This document shows, one piece after another, positions 35,822 through 43,769 of a stretch of DNA of 64,000 nucleotides. How positions within the stretch are numbered: position 1 is the first letter of the stretch; each line of letters opens with the position of its first letter. The DNA is from Acidimicrobiales bacterium. GTDB taxonomy: Bacteria; Actinomycetota; Acidimicrobiia; Acidimicrobiales; SZUA-35. The notes under the pieces are model-generated. The model was not told where the DNA came from, searched no databases, and worked only from the letters and a program-made list of their open reading frames with translations. The DNA lies in contig CBDCFR010000012.1 in the NCBI GenBank assembly GCA_965216355.1, positions 1,017,065 to 1,081,064 of the forward strand, read 5' to 3'. The position numbers were made by a program, and so were the translations under genes.

Positions 35822-37279
35822 ATGAGATACGAAACAAGCAACACAGAACGACTGAGCTCACGGCTTCGATTAAGAAAGCTGCTCATGCTGCTTGCAGCCT
35901 TTGCGCTTGTCGCGGCCGCCTGCGGCGATGCCGCCGACACGGATGAGGGAACGGTCGACGAGGCCACTGAAGCCGTTGACGAAGCGACCGGTGATGCAGA
36001 CGAAGCTTCCGACGCCGACGCTTCTAGTGAAGACGATAGTGAGGCCGCAGCATCGGCTGACGATGTGGTTCTTCGGTTTGCCCGCTTCTTTGGCGACTGC
36101 GAAGAAGACGTTGCTGGCGTCACTGATGTGAGCCAGGCGACCTCGGAGTGCGAGGTCATCCAGATCATCGAAAACGCTTTCAATGCTGAGGACAATGGCA
36201 TTTCGGTCGAAAAGATCGGTGGTCAGGCGTGGGGCGATTACTACACCCAGCTCAGTACTGCGTTTGCCGGCGGCGAAGTCCCGACCGTTGCTGTCATGCA
36301 TCAGCACCGCCTGCCCGACTTCGCCGGTCGTGACCTACTGATGCCCCTTGATGACGCCTTTTCCGCCAGCGACGTGATCGACTTCTCCGACTACACCGAA
36401 CCGGCTCAGGCCGCCGCCCAGCTCAACGGTACGACGTATGCCCTGCCGTTCGACCTTCACGCGTCGCTCTGGCATGTGAACGTTGACATCTATACCGAGG
36501 CAGGTCTGGTTGACGGCGATGGCAATCCGATCACCCCCACCTCGCCCGAGGAATTGATCGCGCAGTGCGAGGCGATTGAGGCCGCCGGCTATCAGTGCTT
36601 CGGTCATGACTGGTTCGAGTTCGGCGTTGGAGCTCGTCTGTTCCTCGCTTTGGTGCAACAGCAAGGCGGTGCCCTGACCGATGCCGGCGGTGCGGCCACC
36701 CCCGACTCGGCTGAGGGGCAGACAGCGCTGACTTTCCTCAACCAGCTGGCGGAATACTCCAATCCTCAACAGGGCTACACCGACTCCCAAGCGGCCTTCC
36801 TGAACGGCGAGATCGCCATCCTCCACAACGGAACGTGGGTTGTTGATCAATACAATCGCGAGGCGGGATTCACGTACCTGGCCACCGACGTGCCCAACTT
36901 GTACGGCACACCTTCGGCCTGGGGTGACGCCCACATGTGGGTGCTGCCTGCGTCGAGCAACGAGGACCCCGCCGTCAACGCTGCAGCAGTCGAGTTCCTT
37001 GAGTTCCTCTACGGCAATATCGAGAATTGGGCCAAGGGAACCGGCCACATCGCTCCTCGATCCTCGGTGTTGTCGGGCGATGCACTCGCGGATGCGCCAC
37101 AGCGGGCCAACTATGCCGGGACCGCATCATCGGCCGGTCTCGTTCCGGCTGTCGAGGGCTGGGCAGGAGCATGGGATGCGTTGGCCGAGGAGCTCAACGC
37201 GACCTGGGTCACCGGTAAGGACCCTGCCACCGCGCTGGCCGACGCCAATGCCAGGATGAACGACGCTCTGAGCGGCTGA
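35822..37279 (+). CDS. Extracellular sugar-binding lipoprotein of the ABC transporter
   Basis: Lipoprotein signal KLLMLLAAFALVAAACGD followed by an acidic D/E/A/S-rich linker. The body is typical of family-1 solute-binding proteins. The ORF-track start at 35432 overlaps the permease gene, so the in-frame ATG at 35822 is used. Confidence 0.85.
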   Translation: MRYETSNTERLSSRLRLRKLLMLLAAFALVAAACGDAADTDEGTVDEATEAVDEATGDADEASDADASSEDDSEAAASADDVVLRFARFFGDCEEDVAGVTDVSQATSECEVIQIIENAFNAEDNGISVEKIGGQAWGDYYTQLSTAFAGGEVPTVAVMHQHRLPDFAGRDLLMPLDDAFSASDVIDFSDYTEPAQAAAQLNGTTYALPFDLHASLWHVNVDIYTEAGLVDGDGNPITPTSPEELIAQCEAIEAAGYQCFGHDWFEFGVGARLFLALVQQQGGALTDAGGAATPDSAEGQTALTFLNQLAEYSNPQQGYTDSQAAFLNGEIAILHNGTWVVDQYNREAGFTYLATDVPNLYGTPSAWGDAHMWVLPASSNEDPAVNAAAVEFLEFLYGNIENWAKGTGHIAPRSSVLSGDALADAPQRANYAGTASSAGLVPAVEGWAGAWDALAEELNATWVTGKDPATALADANARMNDALSG

Positions 37280-37337
37280 TCACGCGATTGCCCGTTATCA
37301 GAAACGGCTGGTATCTCTCCCGCCAGTCACAGTAAAC

Positions 37338-37368
37338 GGTGGAGGCCGAGCCGGACTCGGCCTCCACC
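37338..37368 (+). terminator. Stem-loop terminator candidate after the binding-protein gene
   Basis: ggtggaggccgag-ccgga-ctcggcctccacc: a perfect 13-bp GC-rich stem with a 5-nt loop. There is no U-tract, which is common in high-GC actinobacteria. Confidence 0.6.
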
Positions 37369-37439
37369 GAAGTACGGCGTAAGAATTCCACGATCAACCA
37401 GGACGCACTCGGATCTCACTCCAACCGGGACGACACCGA

Positions 37440-40307
37440 TTGGAGGTGACTGCGAAATGTGTCCGCACCGAGGACGAGCCCTATCCAACCATGCGACTGC
37501 AACTACCGCTGTCTTCGGACTGGCGATTCTTTCCTGATTTCGACCGCCCAGCCACACTCGACCCGGCTGATCACGATCGACCAAACGGCGACGGGTCGCC
37601 GGTACTGGTTCCTGGATACTGGCAGCTGCAGTTTCCCACGCTGACAAGGGCCACCGGTGCCGTCTGGTATCGCGTCAGATTTGACCTCGACAGCCGCTGG
37701 TCGAAGTGTGACTCGACCCACGTCTGCTTCGGCGCCGCGGGGCACTACACCCAGGGTTGGCTCAACGGTGTTTACCTGGGCAGCCACGACGGTGCCCACA
37801 CCCCTTTTTCGTGGCCACTTGACGGCGCCGTGCGAATCGGGGCCAATGAGCTGTGGGTGCGCTGTGTAACACCCTCGTCTGACCGTTCCCGCTATCCCGA
37901 CTTTCCCTTCGATGAGACTCTGCACGGCAAACAGAGCTGGTATGGACCGAACGGCGGTATCTGGCAACCTGTTACGTTGGAGGGCCGCCATCGGCACGCG
38001 ATCGATCATCTTTCGGTCACGGCCAACCCGGCGGCCAGCGCGCTCGAACTTTCGATCGACTTCGATGAAACGCCAACTGAATCATCGGACGTGACGGCAC
38101 TGATAGAGGTCCGCGATCCAGCCGGGGAAACAGTCGTTGATGCCGTTGTCGACGCCGCTGACCTCACCCGACCGGCGGGAGTAGAGGTGAAACTCACGAC
38201 GGCTATGCAGATGTGGTCGCTAGCCGAGCCAAATCTGTACAACGTCTGCGCCACTGTGTACGTCGCCGGTGAACCGGTCGACCAGGTGAGCAAGACCACC
38301 GGCTTCCGGACGTTCGGGTCGGACAAGGAGGGACGATTCCTCCTCAACGGTCACCCGATACTCATGCGCGGAGTGCTCGACCAGGACTATCACGACGGCG
38401 CGGGCGTGCCTGCCTATCACCCGGTACCGGGAGGGTCGGGCTCTTCGATGACGACGGCGGGTTTGGCCGCCAACCGGCAACAGGCGAAACAGCAGCTGAT
38501 CGACCGGTTCTGCGAAGTCAAGGCAATGGGCTTCAACACCCTGCGGTGCCACATCAAGATTCCGGATCCGATCTATCTCGAAGCAGCCGACGAGGTCGGA
38601 CTCATCGTCTGGTGTGAACTTCCCAGTACTACCAGACTTAACGAGCACTCCCTCATCCGAATGACCGAGACCCTGGAGAAGGTGGTACGGCGCGACAACC
38701 ATCACCCCAGCCTGATGATCTGGAGCGTGATCAACGAATCGTGGGGATTCGATCTGACCGACAATCCGACTCACCGGCAAACATTGGTTGATCTGGTTCG
38801 ACGTCTACGGAAGCTTGACCCGCAACGGCTGGTGGTTGACAACTCGCCGTGTGAACCCAACTTCCACATCGAGACCGATATCGACGACTATCACTTCTAC
38901 GCTCTGATGCCGGAGATGCGTCACCGTTGGGATCAGTTCATCGATGCCTTCAGCGGCCGACCGGGCTTCACGTTCTCACCGCACGGAGACGGCCAACGAT
39001 CAGGCACCGAACCGCTTGTCGTCTCGGAATTCGGAACCTGGGGTTTACCTGAGCTGAGCTGGGTGGACCACGACAACGAACCGTGGTGGTTCGAAACCGG
39101 CCAGGAGTGGGCCGGAGGCGCGGCGTACGTGCACGGGTATCGGGAGAGATTCGCGCTCTGGCATCTGTCCGGCGTATTCAGAACATGGGCGAACTTGAGC
39201 CGTCAGACTCAGCGGCGTCAGTTCGACTCGATGCGCTATCAGGTTGATTCGATGCGACTGCGGCCAGCGCTTGCCGGTTACGTGCTGACCGAACTCACTG
39301 ATGTCCATTGGGAGGCAAACGGCCTGTTCGACATGCGGGGAGTACCCCGCCGCTTCGCCAATGAGCTCGCTAGCCTGAACAGCGCGATCAGGATCGTCGT
39401 TGGCCACGGCTTCTCGACGGCTCAGTCCGGCGAGCAGCTGTCTCTGCCCCTTGCTGTATCGTGTCACGACACAACCGCTGGCGACCTGGACGCGGAAATC
39501 AGGTGGAGCGACGGAAACGGCTCGGAGGGGCGGATCGATCTGGGCCCTCTTGTCTCAGGCGAGCTTTGCTCCGTCGAGCCACTCGAGATCAAGACACCAG
39601 AGGTTGACCGTCCGACAACGATGACGGTACGCGCCGATCTGATCGTCAGGTCGCCGGATGGTCGAGCCGGCAGCCTCAACACCGACGAGCGCACGATCCT
39701 GGTCATCCCGCGGAGTGGCCCTGAACCGGGCAACCGGGTGGTCGCAACCCGTAACGAGACACTTGCCGATCTCCTAACCGGGCTCGGTTACCGGCCCGAA
39801 CCGATCGGTACCAGCCACGACCAGCTACGAATCGTGGATCGGCTCACCGATGATGACCACCGATTCATACGTTCCGGTGGCCGGGCCCTTTTGCTGGCGG
39901 CCGATGAGGGCAGCCTCGGTCGTGGATTTGCTGACTTCCCGCGGATCAGCCTTCGGAAGTGGCAGGATGCCTTGTTCGACGGAGGCCACTGGGTTTCAGC
40001 CTTCCCGTGGTTGAAGCGAAGCGGTCGACTCGCCGCCCTCCCCGGTGATGCCATGATGGATATGGCCTTCGACGGTATCGCTCCGCAGCTTGTGATTTCT
40101 GGTGTGCCTCCGGCCCGGTATGAGTCGGCGGTGTATGCCGGGGTTTTTGTCGGCTGGATACATCAGATGGCGGCGCTGCTCGTTCGACATGATGTCGGAC
40201 TCGGGAGCGTACTGGTGAATACACTGGAGTTGACCGGCGAGAGGGCCAGGGAGCTCCCGATCTCCCGCTGGTTGCTGCATCAACTCATCGCCATGGCCCG
40301 GGAGTAG
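37440..40307 (+). CDS. Glycoside hydrolase family 2 (beta-galactosidase/beta-mannosidase-like)
   Basis: Acid/base motif MIWSVINESWGF and nucleophile motif EPLVVSEFGTWG. The N-terminal sugar-binding domain pattern is present (VWYRVRF..., NGVYLGSHDGAHTPF). The start is uncertain: TTG 37440, or ATG 37491 (MRLQLPLSSDW). Confidence 0.8.
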   Translation: MEVTAKCVRTEDEPYPTMRLQLPLSSDWRFFPDFDRPATLDPADHDRPNGDGSPVLVPGYWQLQFPTLTRATGAVWYRVRFDLDSRWSKCDSTHVCFGAAGHYTQGWLNGVYLGSHDGAHTPFSWPLDGAVRIGANELWVRCVTPSSDRSRYPDFPFDETLHGKQSWYGPNGGIWQPVTLEGRHRHAIDHLSVTANPAASALELSIDFDETPTESSDVTALIEVRDPAGETVVDAVVDAADLTRPAGVEVKLTTAMQMWSLAEPNLYNVCATVYVAGEPVDQVSKTTGFRTFGSDKEGRFLLNGHPILMRGVLDQDYHDGAGVPAYHPVPGGSGSSMTTAGLAANRQQAKQQLIDRFCEVKAMGFNTLRCHIKIPDPIYLEAADEVGLIVWCELPSTTRLNEHSLIRMTETLEKVVRRDNHHPSLMIWSVINESWGFDLTDNPTHRQTLVDLVRRLRKLDPQRLVVDNSPCEPNFHIETDIDDYHFYALMPEMRHRWDQFIDAFSGRPGFTFSPHGDGQRSGTEPLVVSEFGTWGLPELSWVDHDNEPWWFETGQEWAGGAAYVHGYRERFALWHLSGVFRTWANLSRQTQRRQFDSMRYQVDSMRLRPALAGYVLTELTDVHWEANGLFDMRGVPRRFANELASLNSAIRIVVGHGFSTAQSGEQLSLPLAVSCHDTTAGDLDAEIRWSDGNGSEGRIDLGPLVSGELCSVEPLEIKTPEVDRPTTMTVRADLIVRSPDGRAGSLNTDERTILVIPRSGPEPGNRVVATRNETLADLLTGLGYRPEPIGTSHDQLRIVDRLTDDDHRFIRSGGRALLLAADEGSLGRGFADFPRISLRKWQDALFDGGHWVSAFPWLKRSGRLAALPGDAMMDMAFDGIAPQLVISGVPPARYESAVYAGVFVGWIHQMAALLVRHDVGLGSVLVNTLELTGERARELPISRWLLHQLIAMARE

Positions 40308-40310
40308 CCC

Positions 40311-41282
40311 TTGACCCAGTTCATTCAGCCAGACCAAACCGGTCGCGTCGGAAAGACGTTGGAGGTCGAGTTGGGAAGTGAGCTGGGGGCCAAAGTTCTC
40401 CGGGCGTTAGCGTCGGAGAGTAGGGTGGCGATTCTCAACCTCCTGCAGTCAAGAACGCTGAACGTCAGTGAGATCGCCGAGGCGTTGGGAACCACGATGT
40501 CGGCGACCAGCGAACACATTAAGGTCTTGTCCGATGCCGGCCTCATCGTTACGGAGATGATTCCGGGAACCAGAGGACTGCAGAAGGCCTGTGGACGTGC
40601 CGTCGATTCCGTGTCCGTGATGATGCCGGAACCGATGTCACCGGCAGGGCGCCTGATTGAGGTTTCCATGCCGGTGGGGGCATTCGCCGATTTTGCCATC
40701 GAACCAACATGCGGCTTGCTCGGGCAGGACGGCACCATCGGGTTGTTCGATGATCCGGGGGCTTTCTACGAGCCCGAGCGGATAAAGGCCCAGCTGCTGT
40801 GGTTCCATCAGGGATTTGTCGAGTACCGGTTCCCCAACAGGCTCCAATCGGGCGACAACGTTGCGAGCCTGCAGCTGAGCATGGAGGTCTGCTCGGAAGC
40901 ACCGCTTCACAACGAAGACTGGCCGTCGGATGTTGTGGTTTCAATCAATGGTTGTGTGCTGGGAACCTGGACAAGCCCGGGCGACTTTGGCGATCAGCGG
41001 GGTGCCTACACACCGGAATGGTGGAGTACTGCTAACACCCAGTTTGGCCTGATGAAGGTGTGGCAGGTCACCGATTCAGGCTCCTTTGTCGATGGCGTGC
41101 GGTTGTCCGACGTTACGTTGTCCGACCTCAAGCTGAGCGCTGGAAAATTCGTTTCGGTCCGTGTTGAGGTTCCGGAAGATGCGGTCAACGTTGGAGGGAT
41201 CAACTTGTTTGGGGCAGGATTTGGGAACTACCCGCAAGACATAGTGTTGCGAATCCAGTGCACCGTCCCGTCGCAGAGTTAA
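40311..41282 (+). CDS. ArsR-type winged-helix transcriptional regulator with ~220-aa C-terminal domain of unknown function
   Basis: wHTH segment LRALASESRVAILNLLQSRTLNVSEIAEALGTTMSATSEHIKVLSDAGLIV. TTG start 3 nt after the GH2 stop. Confidence 0.75.
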   Translation: MTQFIQPDQTGRVGKTLEVELGSELGAKVLRALASESRVAILNLLQSRTLNVSEIAEALGTTMSATSEHIKVLSDAGLIVTEMIPGTRGLQKACGRAVDSVSVMMPEPMSPAGRLIEVSMPVGAFADFAIEPTCGLLGQDGTIGLFDDPGAFYEPERIKAQLLWFHQGFVEYRFPNRLQSGDNVASLQLSMEVCSEAPLHNEDWPSDVVVSINGCVLGTWTSPGDFGDQRGAYTPEWWSTANTQFGLMKVWQVTDSGSFVDGVRLSDVTLSDLKLSAGKFVSVRVEVPEDAVNVGGINLFGAGFGNYPQDIVLRIQCTVPSQS

Positions 41283-41389
41283 CACTGGGGAGTGACATCA
41301 ACGGGCAGTTGGCTCCACCCGCACCGCCACCGATCCCATCCCTCGGCAACGGCGAGCCAATCAACTGAATAACTGAATAGCTGCGAGGG

Positions 41390-42655
41390 TCAGCCGTCGC
41401 CCAGCACGGTGCGGCAGTCGGGAAGTGCCGTGCCGACCACCTGACCTCCACAGTTGTAGCCAACCGCCTCACTCTTTGAGCCCGGCGGTGAAATGGTGGC
41501 CACGAGATCGCAGGACGTGGCGTCACCGTCTCGGCATTCCTCAACGAGCTGCACAAATCCGGGTGAGGTGACCACCGCGAATTCGTCGGCGTCGAGCTCG
41601 ATATCGGGCGTACAGAGACCTGAAACCGAAGTTCCCCGTCCGGCGCAGTCAAAAGCCAACGCCGCATAGTCGCTGCCTTCGGAGGCATCGACCCAAAGCA
41701 GGTCACAGGTTCGGTTGTCGCCACCGGCACACTCGTCGTAGAGAGCGTCGAACGCCGGGTGGTCGCCGTAGGCCTGCGGTCCGGAACCCGGCTCCCGGTT
41801 GAGATAGGCCACGTCTTCGGCGTCGAAACACGTAACCATTCCTTGCCGCAGCGCCTCGAAGTCGCCGGCCTCTCCACCGACGGCGATTATCCGCGCGCCG
41901 TCTTCGTGGTTGTCGACGATGGATTGCGTGACGCAGCGGGCCTCAGCCGTGTCGACCTCGATGAAGACCAATGCGAGCTCAAGGTTGGCCCGAAGACCTT
42001 CGATGTAGGCCGAGGATCCGACCGGATCGGGATGGCAGGCGAAGTCGGCTTCGGCGAAGGCCAGGCTCGCGGCGTTGGACACCGGGATCGTGTACAGCTC
42101 TTCGAGGCTGGCGACCGGCGGTGGCAGGAAGTCTTCGTCGATGCTGGCCAGCACGCAGTCGAGGTCGTCCTCGGCGGGCGACACCGCTCGGCCGGTTTCG
42201 GAATCGCCGGCTTCGACGTCGCCGGACGCGCCGGTTGCACCCTCACCGTCCGCTTCGTCGCCTTCAGTGACCGACTGGATCGTTCCCGGTTCTGACGCGT
42301 CGCCCACCAACATTCGAACACCCAGAAACGCCACCACACAGGCCACCAACGCACCAACCACAATTCCGACTTTCAGTGCGCTACTGCCATCCGGGTTGGA
42401 AGGCGAAAGTGGCTGTTCAGCGTAGGTTTCAGGCGACGGATAGGGTTCGGGTGGCAGGTAGTTCTGTGGCGGAAGGTAATCCGCAGGCGGCGGAACGGAT
42501 TCTGGCTGACGGTGAGCAGGGGGCGGGGGACGTTCGGGAGGCGGATATCCGGTTAGCGGATCACCCTCAGGGGGTGGGCGGAACGGAGCGACCGGCGGCG
42601 GGTAGGTCGGGGGTTCGTTGTCGGATCCATCACTCATACATACCCGCCTAAACAT
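41390..42655 (-). CDS. Single-pass membrane protein: Pro-rich cytoplasmic N-terminus, Cys-rich extracytoplasmic domain (hypothetical)
   Basis: N-terminal segment PPTYPPPVAPFRPPPEGDP...PPADYLPPQNYLPPEPYPSPETY, a TM (VGIVVGALVACVVAFLGV), then an acidic domain with 12 or more Cys residues. Alternative ATG at 42637. Confidence 0.65.
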   Translation of the reverse strand: MFRRVCMSDGSDNEPPTYPPPVAPFRPPPEGDPLTGYPPPERPPPPAHRQPESVPPPADYLPPQNYLPPEPYPSPETYAEQPLSPSNPDGSSALKVGIVVGALVACVVAFLGVRMLVGDASEPGTIQSVTEGDEADGEGATGASGDVEAGDSETGRAVSPAEDDLDCVLASIDEDFLPPPVASLEELYTIPVSNAASLAFAEADFACHPDPVGSSAYIEGLRANLELALVFIEVDTAEARCVTQSIVDNHEDGARIIAVGGEAGDFEALRQGMVTCFDAEDVAYLNREPGSGPQAYGDHPAFDALYDECAGGDNRTCDLLWVDASEGSDYAALAFDCAGRGTSVSGLCTPDIELDADEFAVVTSPGFVQLVEECRDGDATSCDLVATISPPGSKSEAVGYNCGGQVVGTALPDCRTVLGDG

Positions 42656-42728
42656 GAACCGGGTCCCTCCATGGCCCCGGACAATCCCACGGTATCACCA
42701 GGCGAACATCTGGCTAGTGTTTGAGGTG

Positions 42729-43769
42729 ATGGCCTCGTCGCAAACCGATCCAGAAAGCAACCGGCACACTCGATCGCTTGGAGGGTCGTCGGTGGCGGTG
42801 ATCGGAGCGTCGGGCCATCTGGGAGCGAATCTCGTTCGTGTATTGCTGGGCGACGGCCTCCGGGTGGTTTCGGTTGACAAATCATGGCGCTCGACTCTCG
42901 ACGGTCTCGACGTCGAGCGCGTAACCGCCGACGTTCTCCAGCCCCACACACTCGATGCGGCCCTCGCTGATGTCGATGCCGTGATCAACCTGGCGGCGGT
43001 CATTTCGGTTAGTGGCGACCCGCATGGATTGGTGCGGGCGGTGAATGTCGACGGTGCCACCAACGTGGCTACAGCTTGCGGCGAGCGGAGCTTACCGCTG
43101 GTGCACTGCAGTTCGGTCCACGCTTTCGATCTGTCCGGTACCGGGCCCAGCGGAGTCCTTACCGAAGACTCACCGTTTGTCGGCGACGGCGGTGCCGCCT
43201 ACGACCGCTCAAAACGAGATGGCGCCATCGCCGTGCAACAGCTGGCCCACAGCGGACTCGACGTCGTGACCGTACACCCCACCGGATTCCTCGGTCCGTT
43301 CGACGCCGAACCGTCGCTGGCCGGACAGACGTTGCTTTCCATCGCTCGGGGGCGACTACCGTTCACCGGGCCCGGAGGGTTCGATTTCGTTGACGTGCGC
43401 GACGTGGCGCAGGGCGTGTTGCTGGCACTACGTCACGGCCTTCCCGGCGAGCGCTACCTACTATCCGGCGAGTGGTATGCGGTGGCCGAGATGAACAGCC
43501 GGGCCGCCGACATCGCCGGCGCTCGAGCCCCAATCGCCACGATGCCGATGGCCTTGGTCGAGGCGCTGGCTCCCTGGGCCGAGCGCGCCGCCCGCGTCAC
43601 CGGCGTGAGGCCGATCTTTACTCCGGAGTCGGTGGCAACAGTGCGAAATGGACCACGGGTCGACACCACCAAAGCCTCCCGCCACTTGGGTTATGAAGCC
43701 CGGCCGATCGACGACACACTCGCCGACACCTTCAGCTGGTTTCGACAGACCGGCATGCTCAAGCGATGA
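42729..43769 (+). CDS. NAD-dependent epimerase/dehydratase (extended SDR family)
   Basis: GxxGxxG motif VIGASGHLGANLV and YxxxK motif AAYDRSKRD. ATG 42729 is preceded by GAGGTG; the ORF opens at 42618. Confidence 0.8.
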   Translation: MASSQTDPESNRHTRSLGGSSVAVIGASGHLGANLVRVLLGDGLRVVSVDKSWRSTLDGLDVERVTADVLQPHTLDAALADVDAVINLAAVISVSGDPHGLVRAVNVDGATNVATACGERSLPLVHCSSVHAFDLSGTGPSGVLTEDSPFVGDGGAAYDRSKRDGAIAVQQLAHSGLDVVTVHPTGFLGPFDAEPSLAGQTLLSIARGRLPFTGPGGFDFVDVRDVAQGVLLALRHGLPGERYLLSGEWYAVAEMNSRAADIAGARAPIATMPMALVEALAPWAERAARVTGVRPIFTPESVATVRNGPRVDTTKASRHLGYEARPIDDTLADTFSWFRQTGMLKR

